Shown here: positions 47,023 to 57,314 of the stretch, piece by piece
How positions within the stretch are numbered: the first letter of the stretch is position 1
Layout of the letters: every line of letters starts with the position of its first letter
From: an uncultured Nitrososphaeria archaeon
GTDB lineage: Archaea > Thermoproteota > Nitrososphaeria_A > Caldarchaeales > Wolframiiraptoraceae
DNA: 64,000 nt
Assembly (NCBI GenBank): GCA_964655015.1
Contig: CAZZKR010000011.1
Span: 21,444-85,443 of the forward strand
Reading direction: 5' to 3'
Notes under the pieces: generated by a model
Seen by the model: only the letters and a program-made list of their open reading frames with translations
Databases searched by the model: none
Told to the model about the DNA's origin: nothing
Made by a program: the position numbers and the translations under genes

Positions 47023-47490
47023 CTAAGTCTTTACACAATCAATGTTCGATTGCACGGTATCACCGACCCTTATGCACTTGGTCTCGGAGATTATGTGAAT
47101 GACTTCATAACCGTTTTCGAGCAACTTTTCAGCTATGAATCGACGGTGACAGCTTGACGGTTCCACTTCAAGGCACATAATACACACTCTGCCTTTTTTT
47201 GCAAGCTCCATTAAAATCCCCAGCCCCTCTTTAAACGCCTCGCTCTCGGTGTAAGCTTGATAACCGCCCTTCCTATACCCACCGAGGCGGTCGCCTAGCC
47301 ATATATATTCTATTCCCATTTTCGGCAACCATTCCTTAAGATATTCAAGCTTAAAGTGCTCCGTTTTTGAGGTCGGCCAACGCCTGACATCGACCAGAAT
47401 TTGGATAGTGTGTTTCTTGAGAAGGTTTATGAATGACTCTTTGTTCCTGTTGCTATGACCTATCGTATATATCATCAACCTCCCGCTCAT
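47023..47490 (-). CDS. DUF488-family protein
   Basis: MIYTIGHSNR start and VDVRRWP motif. Confidence 0.7.
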   Translation of the reverse strand: MSGRLMIYTIGHSNRNKESFINLLKKHTIQILVDVRRWPTSKTEHFKLEYLKEWLPKMGIEYIWLGDRLGGYRKGGYQAYTESEAFKEGLGILMELAKKGRVCIMCLEVEPSSCHRRFIAEKLLENGYEVIHIISETKCIRVGDTVQSNIDCVKT

Positions 47491-47570
47491 GGTGAACGAC
47501 TCCCAAAAAATCTTAGTCGACTCAAATATATATTGCCCCCTAAGGTTTTTCCAAATAGAGAGACGTGTGT

Positions 47571-49361
47571 ATGAAAATCGTGCCGGATACTAGCGTAGTG
47601 ATAAATGGTAAGCTTACAGAATATCTTCAGTCAGAAGAGTTGAAGGAATGCGAGCTGATAATTCCCCTCGCGGTTGTTGACGAACTTCAGGCTCAAGCAT
47701 CAAAAAAACGCGAGCCTGGCTTCATTGGCCTCAACGAGCTTAAAAGAATTAGGGAAATTTGTGCAGAGAAAAATATACCCATAAAATTTTCTGGCGAAAG
47801 GCCTTCGCTAGAGGATATAAAGCTAGCAAGGAGTGGCAGGATAGACGCATTAATAAGGGATGTTGCTAAAAATGAAGGTGCGACACTCTTTACGTCAGAT
47901 TATGTGCAAGCTTTAGTGGCCGAGGCTGAAGGAATACCAGTACGCTACATACCTGTCGAGCCAAAGAAGCTTGAACTTTTGTTTGAAAAATACTTCACGC
48001 CCGATACGCTAAGTCTTCACCTTAAGGAAGGTGCACCACCAATGGCTAAAGTAGGAAAACCGGGAAACTTAACGCTGGTTAAGCTTAGGGATGAGCCGTG
48101 CACCCAGCAAGAAATATCCGAGATAATAAACGGGATAATCGAAGCGGCCAGGTCGAGGGAAGATGGTAGTATAGAAATAGTTAGGAGTGGTGCCCTCGTC
48201 ATACAACTAGGGCCTTATAGGATAGCAATAGCAAGACCACCGTTCTCTGACGGTCTCGAAGTGACGATAGTTCGTCCAATTGTGAAACTTAGGTTAGAAG
48301 ACTATCATCTTTCTCAGCGGCTTATGGAAAGACTGAAAAGCAGGGCTGAAGGTATACTCATAGCAGGCCAGCCTGGTAGCGGAAAGACGACTTTCGCCTC
48401 TAGCCTTGCAGAATTCTATGCAAGACAAGGAAAAATAGTAAAGACACTCGAATCACCAAGGGACCTGCAAGTAGGACCCGAGATTACCCAATATGGACCA
48501 TTAGAAGGTGACTTCGAGAAGACAGCAGAGATATTATTACTCGTAAGGCCAGACTATACGGTCTTTGACGAAATTAGAAAGGAAAAGGACTTCCAGATAT
48601 TTGCTGATATGAGATTAGCTGGTGTTGGTATGATAGGTGTCGTTCATGCTAGCAACACGGTTGATGCCATACAACGTTTCATAGGAAGGGTTGAGTTGGG
48701 AATGATTCCGCATATAATTGATACCGTAATATTTTTGAAAGATGGTGAAGTGAAGCAAGTCTACGAGTTGAGCCTCACAGTCAAGGTTCCGACAGGTATG
48801 GTCGAAGCAGACTTGGCGAGACCAGTGGTTGAGGTAAGAGACTTCGAGACTGGAAAGCTAGAGTATGAGATTTACACATTTGGTGATGAGAATGTTATAG
48901 TTGCCGTATCAGACGTTAAAAGAAGGCTGAACAATATAAAGGATAGAATATTGGCAGCCGTAAGCCGTTTTGACCCAGACGCCCAAGTGGAAGTTATATC
49001 AACAGATAGGGCTATAGTGAGGGTAAGTAGCGAGAATATACCAAGACTTATAGGAAGGAGAGGCGAAACTATTAAAAGATTAGAAGAAGAGCTTGGCATA
49101 AGGCTGGATGTGGAACCGCTTACTCCAACGATGGGTGAGGAGGTTCAATTTAGAGTTGTCGAATCTGGAAAGACTGTTGATATACTTTTTGATGAGAATA
49201 TAATAGGCAAGACCGTAAACATTTACGTAGATGGTGAACACATACTAACCGCCATCGTAGGTAAAAAGGGTAAGGTAAAGATTTCGAAGCATAGCAGTAG
49301 TGGTAAGGCCTTGATAAGCGCCTTGGCAACTGGGAAGAAGATAAAAGTATTCAAGATGTAG
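47571..49361 (+). CDS. PIN-domain / PilT-like P-loop ATPase / KH-domain fusion protein (COG1855-type)
   Basis: N-terminal PIN (IVPDTSVVING), Walker A GQPGSGKTT, C-terminal KH GxxG (IGRRGETIKRLEEELG). Confidence 0.75.
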   Translation: MKIVPDTSVVINGKLTEYLQSEELKECELIIPLAVVDELQAQASKKREPGFIGLNELKRIREICAEKNIPIKFSGERPSLEDIKLARSGRIDALIRDVAKNEGATLFTSDYVQALVAEAEGIPVRYIPVEPKKLELLFEKYFTPDTLSLHLKEGAPPMAKVGKPGNLTLVKLRDEPCTQQEISEIINGIIEAARSREDGSIEIVRSGALVIQLGPYRIAIARPPFSDGLEVTIVRPIVKLRLEDYHLSQRLMERLKSRAEGILIAGQPGSGKTTFASSLAEFYARQGKIVKTLESPRDLQVGPEITQYGPLEGDFEKTAEILLLVRPDYTVFDEIRKEKDFQIFADMRLAGVGMIGVVHASNTVDAIQRFIGRVELGMIPHIIDTVIFLKDGEVKQVYELSLTVKVPTGMVEADLARPVVEVRDFETGKLEYEIYTFGDENVIVAVSDVKRRLNNIKDRILAAVSRFDPDAQVEVISTDRAIVRVSSENIPRLIGRRGETIKRLEEELGIRLDVEPLTPTMGEEVQFRVVESGKTVDILFDENIIGKTVNIYVDGEHILTAIVGKKGKVKISKHSSSGKALISALATGKKIKVFKM

Positions 49362-49366
49362 ACGTT

Positions 49367-49618
49367 TTACTTAGATTTGAGCCTGAATTCTGTACCAGCA
49401 CAGTGAACTTCACCTTTTACTCTCCTTATGAATGAAACACATGCAAAACAATCCAAAAAAGGCACGTAACGACCGACGACTGGACAGTTGACACGTTCTT
49501 TCTTCATGTTGGACAACATCTTCCTACTAATTGCTCCTTTCAGAAGTTCTAGGCTTTCTTTGGAAGGCTTCGGGGGTTTTTCCGTTTGCTCAACCTTTAC
49601 TAAGTATTTTGTCTCCAA
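49367..49618 (-). CDS. hypothetical small Cys-containing protein (83 aa)
   Basis: ORF with four Cys (C..CFAC..C). No family recognised. Confidence 0.3.
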   Translation of the reverse strand: METKYLVKVEQTEKPPKPSKESLELLKGAISRKMLSNMKKERVNCPVVGRYVPFLDCFACVSFIRRVKGEVHCAGTEFRLKSK

Positions 49619-49755
49619 ACATGCACACCATTTACTACGAGGTTTGCTAAGGCTTTAAAATGAATGCTTTTTTAATATACTTTTACGTTTGGATGAATCT
49701 TAACTGAATCAAACCTAGCAGGACGAGAATGGGAGGGAGGCAGCATCTGTTATAA

Positions 49756-50637
49756 TCATGAGGTTGTCTCTTTTGAGACAAGGAATATTCCGAGAATAGT
49801 AGCGATTGCTCCAACGACAAAAATCGGGTGGGGCACTTCTGAGAACAGCAAGGCTGCAAGGGAGGATGCGACCACAGGCTCGAGTAAGGCACTCGTAGCC
49901 GCTTGGGAGGGTGTTAGACCCTTCAAGGAGTAAAAATGTAGAGTGTGACCTAACGCTGTGGGAAGAAGTGCTAAAGCCACCAACACAGTAAACTCGGATA
50001 GGCCGGGTATGTAAAGATTGTTGCCAGATACACAAATAACCAGAAACATGAGTCCGGCAGCAACAATGTATATGAATGGCAAATAGACTTTTTCTCTCAA
50101 AGGTTTTCCTAAGTTCAAATAGAGCGCCCAAAAGAAGGCGGCAACCAATGCCTCCAAATCACCTCTTAGGTTTCCGGGAATTAAGGAGGCAGTTGATAAC
50201 GCTATCAAGAATGTTCCAGCGAAGCTGACGAATAAGCCGACTAGTGCTGTAAAAGTTGGTCTTATACCGAAGAACGCCAAGCTTATGATCATAGCGAATA
50301 TGGGCGTCGTGTTCACTAAAGTTGTTGCATTCATTACCGTTGTATTCTTAACAGCTGATATAAAGAAAATGAAGTGAAGACCCAGAAGTATGCCTAGCGG
50401 CACAGAATGTTTAAGGTGCGATAGGAGTTCTAAGGTATTGGGTCTAAAGAGTACGTAGTTGATTACTGCTAAGAAGGCGGCCGCCATCATTAATCGGTAA
50501 AAGCCTATAGTGGCCGCATCGAGCATGGGGAGAAATCTTATGAATATAGAGGCTGTGCCAAATAGCGCACCACCCGATAATGCCTTCACCAACGAGGCTC
50601 CTTTAGCCCCTTTGAGCCGAAAATGCCACGAATCCAT
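49756..50637 (-). CDS. EamA/DMT-superfamily transporter
   Basis: About 10 TM helices in a two-repeat organisation. Confidence 0.75.
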   Translation of the reverse strand: MDSWHFRLKGAKGASLVKALSGGALFGTASIFIRFLPMLDAATIGFYRLMMAAAFLAVINYVLFRPNTLELLSHLKHSVPLGILLGLHFIFFISAVKNTTVMNATTLVNTTPIFAMIISLAFFGIRPTFTALVGLFVSFAGTFLIALSTASLIPGNLRGDLEALVAAFFWALYLNLGKPLREKVYLPFIYIVAAGLMFLVICVSGNNLYIPGLSEFTVLVALALLPTALGHTLHFYSLKGLTPSQAATSALLEPVVASSLAALLFSEVPHPIFVVGAIATILGIFLVSKETTS

Positions 50638-50732
50638 ACCCGCACTTTTCGAGTAGTATGTACTAAAACATTTTATTTATGTAAAAAGTAAAAAATAAAA
50701 ATGGTAAAAAATTGAGCGTTGTTATGCGCGGG

Positions 50733-51053
<321 letters not shown>

Positions 51054-51244
51054 TCACTTAAAACAAATTAAAAAATAAGCAATATTTAAATTGTTTTTTA
51101 TGAGTAGACTTGTTGTTTGGGCCTTATTTCCTGCTTAAGGCAATTGTATTGCCAGATGCATGTTACGTCCAAAGAACAAGCCTCCTTAAAAGATAAACAA
51201 AATTGTAGGGAATTTCGAAGAAACGACAGCTGTGCCTAGACGCA

Positions 51245-52033
51245 TTAGGTTTGTGGTCCGATGACATATGTTACTTGAACACTTACAGACACAGGAGTTA
51301 CACCAGGTACGATCGCGCTCCCTTTGGTTGGCGTTAAGTACTCCACTCTATAGATTGGTTCGTACCACTCGACTATGGAAGCCGTCTTGACCCTTATGAT
51401 CTTAAGACCGAGCGGCCCAAGAAGGGCATCAGCTTTAGCCCTAGCATCTTCCACTGCACTTTCTACGAGTTCAAGCTTAATTTGCTTTGCCTTCTGCTCA
51501 GAAAGATAAAAGTTCAAACTGTATATTCGATTGGCTCCAGCTTCTATGGATTCATCAATAATTTTTTCAGCTATGTCCAACTTATTGGTAGTGACGGTCA
51601 ACATGTTGATTACCCTGAAACCTATAACATCCACGCCCTTTTCATCATATACAGGGTATATGTTATACATTGACGTTGAAACCTCATCATCTGCCAGACC
51701 CATGGCTTTTAATGTGGATATTACATCACCCATCATCTTAGCATTCTCCTTGGCAGCATCCGTGGCGGTTTTTGCAAAAGTTTCAACACCAAGTGTAACG
51801 GTGAACATATCTGGCGCTACGTAAATCTTAGCAGAACCTGTGAGTGTTATAGTATCCTCCTCTTTTTGCTGAATAGATACTTCTCCACCGCCCGTTATGA
51901 CAAGTACGTTTGTTACAATTGCAATAATTGCAACGGTAGCTAGCAGACCTAAGATTGTGTAAATGATAGCATCTCGTGTACCGGCCTTTACGTCCACATC
52001 ATTCACCTCAAGATTTATTACATTAAGAAGCAT
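51245..52033 (-). CDS. SIMPL/DUF541-domain protein, membrane anchored
   Basis: N-terminal TM followed by a SIMPL-like domain of about 220 aa, from recalled family resemblance. Confidence 0.55.
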   Translation of the reverse strand: MLLNVINLEVNDVDVKAGTRDAIIYTILGLLATVAIIAIVTNVLVITGGGEVSIQQKEEDTITLTGSAKIYVAPDMFTVTLGVETFAKTATDAAKENAKMMGDVISTLKAMGLADDEVSTSMYNIYPVYDEKGVDVIGFRVINMLTVTTNKLDIAEKIIDESIEAGANRIYSLNFYLSEQKAKQIKLELVESAVEDARAKADALLGPLGLKIIRVKTASIVEWYEPIYRVEYLTPTKGSAIVPGVTPVSVSVQVTYVIGPQT

Positions 52034-52055
52034 TTATTTCTAGAAATCAGAACAC

Positions 52056-52673
52056 TCACGTCCTATCGTTTCGATCCTTTATTTTCTCATTTGGCAAATT
52101 TTTCCTTATTATGTCGGTGTTCGGAACTAATTTTTTAAGTTCCTCAAAAGTTTTAGAAATTCCCAGCCTCGGAACCATGTCTGATATCATGTTCCTGACG
52201 AACTCATTAATGCTCCAAGGATAAACTATCCAAGCGTTGACATTTTCAACATAAAAATCAGGAATGAAGGAAGTATGAGGTTTGATATGTAATGTTGCAG
52301 TCCTGACTTTCTTTGGTTCAAACCCTTTAACATATTGGACTATATGCTTCATAGTATCGCCAGTATCGGCTACATCGTCAACCACGAGAACATCTCTATC
52401 CAACAGAGAATTTAATGAAAGGGGTTGATATATCACGATCGTCTCCCTTTCTCCAACTCCTGTGTAGGATCTGCAACCTATTGTGTAGACTTCGCGCATA
52501 TCTAAGACGTCAGAGAGCATGCTAGCTACTATCGCTCCCCCTCTAAGAATCCCTATAAGCATATTTGGCTCGTATATGGAAGAGATTTGCTCAGCCAGTT
52601 TGTGAACGAGCATTTCTATATCGGACCAGTTTAGAGTCAGGTATCGACGGCCGTCAACTACCCTTAAATCCAT
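52056..52673 (-). CDS. purine phosphoribosyltransferase
   Basis: PRPP-binding motif VLVVDDVADTGDT. Confidence 0.7.
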   Translation of the reverse strand: MDLRVVDGRRYLTLNWSDIEMLVHKLAEQISSIYEPNMLIGILRGGAIVASMLSDVLDMREVYTIGCRSYTGVGERETIVIYQPLSLNSLLDRDVLVVDDVADTGDTMKHIVQYVKGFEPKKVRTATLHIKPHTSFIPDFYVENVNAWIVYPWSINEFVRNMISDMVPRLGISKTFEELKKLVPNTDIIRKNLPNEKIKDRNDRT

Positions 52674-52805
52674 GGAAAAACTTCTTCAGCCTTAAATGTA
52701 AACATATCGCTAGACTTTTAAATCTTATAATAAATTTTTCCCTTAGCTCAAACTCTATTACCTAGTAAACACACCATTTAAATTTAAGCAACCTCCTATG
52801 ATGGG

Positions 52806-53552
52806 ATGGTGAGTTTCATTATGGATTTTGCCGTGGAGGTCTCAGAAGTCACAAAAATCTTCGGTAATCTTCGTGCTTTGGACGGGCTAAGTTTTGAAGT
52901 GAAGTGTGGAGAGATATTTGGACTCATAGGTCCTAACGGAGCAGGAAAAACAACGGCTTTACGGATAATTTCAACACTTCTTCTACCTACTTATGGCACT
53001 GTAAGAATTTTTGGACTGGACGTTGTAAAAAATGCTGCCGCGATTCGTAAAATCATTTCTTACCTTCCGGAGGAAGCTGGTGCTTACAGATACTTGTCGG
53101 GCTGGGAGTACTTGGAATTCATGGCTAAGTTTTACACGAAGGATGATGAAAAGGTACGTGAAATGGTTAATGAGGCCGCCAGAATATCTGGGTTAGGTGA
53201 GAGGTTGAAAGACAAAACGAGCACTTATAGCAAAGGTATGAAGCGCCGCCTTCTAGTGGCAAGGGCACTTATGAACAAGCCGAAGCTGGCTATTCTTGAC
53301 GAACCCACTAGTGGTTTGGACGTCATTCATTCCTACCATGTTAGGGAAATAATAAAGAAATATGCTAAAGATTACGGAGTAACTGTCATTCTCTCAAGCC
53401 ACAATATGCTTGAGGTTGAACATGTTTGTGATAAAGTTGCCTTGATAAATAAGGGCAAGGTGGTCGCCGAGGGGACACCGCGAGAACTCAAAGAAAAATT
53501 TGAAAGTGAAAACTTGGAGGAAGTCTTCGCTAAGGTGGTCAAGCTTGCTTAA
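52806..53552 (+). CDS. ABC transporter ATP-binding protein (ABC-2 type)
   Basis: Walker A GPNGAGKTT, signature YSKGMKRRL, Walker B LAILDEPTSGLD. Confidence 0.85.
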   Translation: MVSFIMDFAVEVSEVTKIFGNLRALDGLSFEVKCGEIFGLIGPNGAGKTTALRIISTLLLPTYGTVRIFGLDVVKNAAAIRKIISYLPEEAGAYRYLSGWEYLEFMAKFYTKDDEKVREMVNEAARISGLGERLKDKTSTYSKGMKRRLLVARALMNKPKLAILDEPTSGLDVIHSYHVREIIKKYAKDYGVTVILSSHNMLEVEHVCDKVALINKGKVVAEGTPRELKEKFESENLEEVFAKVVKLA

Positions 53553-54834
53553 AGGATTTAGAAACTTTTTGCTTAAGGAACTTAAGGAATTTGTCAGAGA
53601 TCCGAAAATACTCCTAGGAATAGTTGTAGTCCCTCTCATATTGTTTTCAGTTTTAGGCGGATTAATGAGTTATGCCATACAGTCCGCAGAGGAGAGTGCA
53701 ATAAGATCGAACTTTGTTATTATAAATAACGATTGCGAGGATTGGTCTTACACTTTCATAAAATTCCTTTCAAGTTCAGGGTCTAAAGTCTTTGTCGAAG
53801 AAAATGTTGAGTTAAACGATGAGAAACTCGTAGAACTTTTATCAAAGTACAACGTAACCCAAGCTTTAGAGATCCCAAAAGGCTTCAGTGCGAATATAAC
53901 GGCACATACTAAAAATCCCAACATAACGGCTTTCGTTAAATTCTACGTTCATATCACAACCACAAATATTTTCGATGTTACTAGATACTTGCCGATAGAT
54001 GCTATAATTTCACAATTTAACAGGGCGCTAGCACCCGACATTCTTAACATTCAAAAGTCAACGATTATCAAAGGAGAGATCAAACATAACGTTGATCCTG
54101 CCATGGTGTCAGGATTGATGGTGTCTCAGTCAGTTTTCATGCCCATCGCCATAATGATCCTGCTCTTTTATTCTATACAATTAGCAGCAACGTCTGTGGC
54201 AATCGAGAAAGAAGAAAAAACTTTAGAAACCCTATTGACGTTGCCGATAGATCGTCTCACGATACTGTTCGGTAAACTTGTGGGTTCTATGATAATTGCT
54301 GCGATCGGTGCGATAACATACATAGCGGGTTATGCATATTTTATGCAATCGTTAATCAGCAGAACCACTCCAAATTTTGTTATGGATTTAGTCTCGCTAG
54401 GTTTGGTCCCTTCCTTTTTGGGTTATGTGCTTCTGGGTGTATCGCTTTTTGTTACAATACTTTCAGCTTTAGCTTTAGCCGTTATTCTTTCAGCTTTCGC
54501 AGGTGATGTTAGGGGCGCCCAATCGCTTGTCGGTTTCATCTACCCCATAATCTTCCTTCCAACCTTTGCTTTGATGTACATAGATGTTGGTGCATTGCCC
54601 TATGCACTTAGGCTGATCCTGTACGCGATTCCCTTTAGCCATCCAATAATAGTTTCGAAAGCAGTGATAATGGGGAATTATATAACGCCAGCCCTTAGCA
54701 TACTTTATGTCTCATTCTTTACACTGGCCCTCATGTATGCGGCCTCCCGGCTTTTTGCTACTGAGAAAATCTTGACTGCAAAATTGAAACTCAAATGGTT
54801 TACAAAATATGGCAAAACTGCCGGAGAACTTTAA
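53545..54834 (+). CDS. ABC-2-type transporter permease
   Basis: N-terminal TM, large extracytoplasmic loop, then five C-terminal TM helices. TTG at 53545 is preferred over the track start 53500, which overlaps the ATPase gene by 53 nt. Confidence 0.7.
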   Translation: MLKGFRNFLLKELKEFVRDPKILLGIVVVPLILFSVLGGLMSYAIQSAEESAIRSNFVIINNDCEDWSYTFIKFLSSSGSKVFVEENVELNDEKLVELLSKYNVTQALEIPKGFSANITAHTKNPNITAFVKFYVHITTTNIFDVTRYLPIDAIISQFNRALAPDILNIQKSTIIKGEIKHNVDPAMVSGLMVSQSVFMPIAIMILLFYSIQLAATSVAIEKEEKTLETLLTLPIDRLTILFGKLVGSMIIAAIGAITYIAGYAYFMQSLISRTTPNFVMDLVSLGLVPSFLGYVLLGVSLFVTILSALALAVILSAFAGDVRGAQSLVGFIYPIIFLPTFALMYIDVGALPYALRLILYAIPFSHPIIVSKAVIMGNYITPALSILYVSFFTLALMYAASRLFATEKILTAKLKLKWFTKYGKTAGEL

Positions 54835-54852
54835 GAACAGTTTATGTAAAAG

Positions 54853-54956
54853 TGGGGCCGCTGGGATTCGAACCCAGGATTTCCAGCGCCCCAGGCTGGA
54901 GTGTTCTACCCCGCAGAATTACTGCGGAGTCATAGACCATGCTAGACCACGGCCCC
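54853..54956 (-). tRNA. tRNA-Pro(GGG) with a 26-28-nt non-canonical intron between the D-arm and the anticodon stem
   Basis: Reverse complement reads GGGGCCG-TG-GTCT-AGCATGGTCTA-TGAC-T[CCGCAGTAATTCTGCGGGGTAGAACACT]CCAGC-CTGGGGC-GCTGG-AAATC-CTGGG-TTCGAAT-CCCAG-CGGCCCC-A. No encoded CCA. Confidence 0.85.
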
Positions 54957-54978
54957 TCAATGCCATAGTTCTTTGCAG

Positions 54979-54986
54979 CTATATTT
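54979..54986 (-). promoter_or_regulatory. TATA box for tRNA-Pro
   Basis: AAATATAG on the minus strand, 23-30 nt upstream of the tRNA 5' end. Confidence 0.4.
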
Positions 54987-55001
54987 CAAATTTTTTATGA
55001 G

Positions 55002-55988
55002 TTAAGGAGTCTTAAAAACGGATTTGGGTGGTGGATCCATCGCCGCCAATACTGCTCCTATAAGGGGTGCATCATGGCCCAATGGTGTGGGAACAATATC
55101 TGGAACCCTGTTAATTGCATATTGTTCCACGAACGGCTTAAGTTTCTCCACCACGAGGTCGACATTGTTAAGGGCTACGCTACCGCCTATCGATATCACG
55201 GATGGATCGAATGTGTCTACAACATTTGCAACACCAGCTCCGTTTATTTCAGCAATGGTGTTAATGAATATGAGTGCAAATTCATCACCAGCCCTCGCGT
55301 AATTAAATATGTCTTTAGCCGAAACGGTATGTGTACTCTCCCTTAACTTACGAGCGAGTGTCGAATTCACGTTATCGTATTTACTTTCTGCAAGAAACTT
55401 AGCGAACTTAGGCATAGAATTTCCACCACAATAGGCCTCCCAATGTCCCTTTTTTCCACAACCGCATACCATTCCCATACTCATATCTACAACCGTATGC
55501 CCTATCTCAGCCGCATTACCATCCTTTCCTAAGAGGAGTCTGCCGTCTAACACTACGCCGCCACCAATCCCGGAGCTCATGGTGATGTAAACAACATCAT
55601 CAACGTTCTTTCCGGCTCCAATACGTTTTTCGGCAATCGCAGCCGCATTACAATCATTCAGAATAATGAGCGTGGCATCAAAGTAATCGCGAAGAACATC
55701 CGCTATGGGAACCATATCGTATGGCATGTTAGCGGGCCGGATTATCGCTCCTTTTGTCATATCCAAAGGACCTATGGCCGCAATAGATACTTTAGATATT
55801 AAACGTCTACCTCCATGTTTAGCAGATAATGCGTCGCAAAGCTCAAGCACCTTCATAGGAACTGCTTTGGCGTCGGAGGCTTTCGGAACAGGTGTGCTTG
55901 CCTTTTCGAGTATGCGACCCTGCGAGTCAGCAATAGCTACTCGTATCAACGTACCGCCGATGTCTGCAGCCAAGATAAGTTCTCTCAT
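55002..55988 (-). CDS. ROK-family glucokinase
   Basis: N-terminal ADIGGT ATP motif and ROK zinc motif CGCGKKGHWEAYC. Confidence 0.8.
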   Translation of the reverse strand: MRELILAADIGGTLIRVAIADSQGRILEKASTPVPKASDAKAVPMKVLELCDALSAKHGGRRLISKVSIAAIGPLDMTKGAIIRPANMPYDMVPIADVLRDYFDATLIILNDCNAAAIAEKRIGAGKNVDDVVYITMSSGIGGGVVLDGRLLLGKDGNAAEIGHTVVDMSMGMVCGCGKKGHWEAYCGGNSMPKFAKFLAESKYDNVNSTLARKLRESTHTVSAKDIFNYARAGDEFALIFINTIAEINGAGVANVVDTFDPSVISIGGSVALNNVDLVVEKLKPFVEQYAINRVPDIVPTPLGHDAPLIGAVLAAMDPPPKSVFKTP

Positions 55989-55989
55989 C

Positions 55990-56718
55990 TTAAGCCCGTC
56001 TCCTATCTTTTAAAAGCTGTTGTAGGATAGGTATTTCCTTTACTTTTTCAGCAGGCAAATCCTCCCAGTATATGCCGCTGGGTTTTACCTTACGTGGTTT
56101 AACCTCATAAAAACTGTTTCTGGTTACTATGTAGTCAACTGGTACATCATAGCGGTCATGCGGTATGTAGTCAACGATTTGGAGTTCATGTACGGTTGTT
56201 GCAACAGGAACGTTATCATCAACTTTTCCGAACTCCCTTAATATAGCATATTCTATTTCGCCATATCCCTCACCTTTACCGAGCCTCCAACCTTCTCGGG
56301 ATACGGCTACAGAACCCAGAACGATTAAGTCTATACTGGGAACCTCAGACGGCGAGACTGCTCTACCAAATTTGAAGCTGCCCCTTATAGTAGCAGCTTC
56401 ATCCACGCTATTGCCGGGTATCTTTTTAGGGTCTAACAACAAAAAACCGGAACTTAACCTCGGAGTCGGCATCAAAAGCACCTTTCCGTCTCTCAATGCT
56501 ACACGTCTGACCTCAAGCTGGGGCGAATCTGGATTTACCTTTACTGTCTCGGCTTTTCTGTATATAGACGCGCGACATAACATGCGCGCAGCCTCTTCGG
56601 CACCCACAAAATTTGGTATTCTTCCAAATATGGGCTTTGGAAACCTTGCTACACCCCTCTCCTCAAGTAATTTCCATACAGTTTTTCTTATTTCGTCTTT
56701 TGATGCACTCGTGCACAT
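55990..56718 (-). CDS. 5-formyltetrahydrofolate cyclo-ligase-family protein
   Basis: N-terminal KDEIRKTVW pattern and size fit the archaeal COG0212 family. Separated from the glucokinase gene by 1 nt. Confidence 0.65.
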   Translation of the reverse strand: MCTSASKDEIRKTVWKLLEERGVARFPKPIFGRIPNFVGAEEAARMLCRASIYRKAETVKVNPDSPQLEVRRVALRDGKVLLMPTPRLSSGFLLLDPKKIPGNSVDEAATIRGSFKFGRAVSPSEVPSIDLIVLGSVAVSREGWRLGKGEGYGEIEYAILREFGKVDDNVPVATTVHELQIVDYIPHDRYDVPVDYIVTRNSFYEVKPRKVKPSGIYWEDLPAEKVKEIPILQQLLKDRRRA

Positions 56719-56913
56719 TTGATACCGCTCCTATAATACTTCGCCCTTAATTAAGACAAAATGTTTACGCCAAGTACTCCTAACATCCTTTTGTTACTTC
56801 TGTCTTTTTTGAACCGTAGCTTAGGTACACATCTTTAGCATTATTCAACTATTATTCGAATGTTACACTCTATCTACATCGCTTGACGTTAAGCGGTTGC
56901 AAATTATCAAATT

Positions 56914-57279
56914 TCATTCCAACTTTATCGTCTTTAAGTTTTCACGCTTAGGTATGACGCATATGAACTCGGCATCTTCAGGTCCGGGATTCGAGTACCA
57001 ATGTGGTACGTTTGGTGGTATGAATATAACATCACCAGGTTTAACGTTATATGTCGCATCACCTATGCCCACCAAATAGCTTCCTTTTAGGACGTATTGC
57101 TCATGCTCCATGTCTGGGTGCATATGCTTTGGAATCCTTCCCCCGGCTTTTATCACAAACTTTCTCATCTCAAAATTTTCAGCACCGTCATGTCTGCTTA
57201 TCAACCACTTCATCTCAGTTTTTACAGCGTCGGGAACACTTTCCCATTTTATACTATCGCTACTTTTGACGGACATCAT
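56914..57279 (-). CDS. cupin-domain protein
   Basis: HMHPDMEHEQYVLKG and PPNVPHW cupin motifs. Confidence 0.7.
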   Translation of the reverse strand: MMSVKSSDSIKWESVPDAVKTEMKWLISRHDGAENFEMRKFVIKAGGRIPKHMHPDMEHEQYVLKGSYLVGIGDATYNVKPGDVIFIPPNVPHWYSNPGPEDAEFICVIPKRENLKTIKLE

Positions 57280-57314
57280 TAATGCGTTGTAATAGTGCGG
57301 CTAATAAATGTTAT

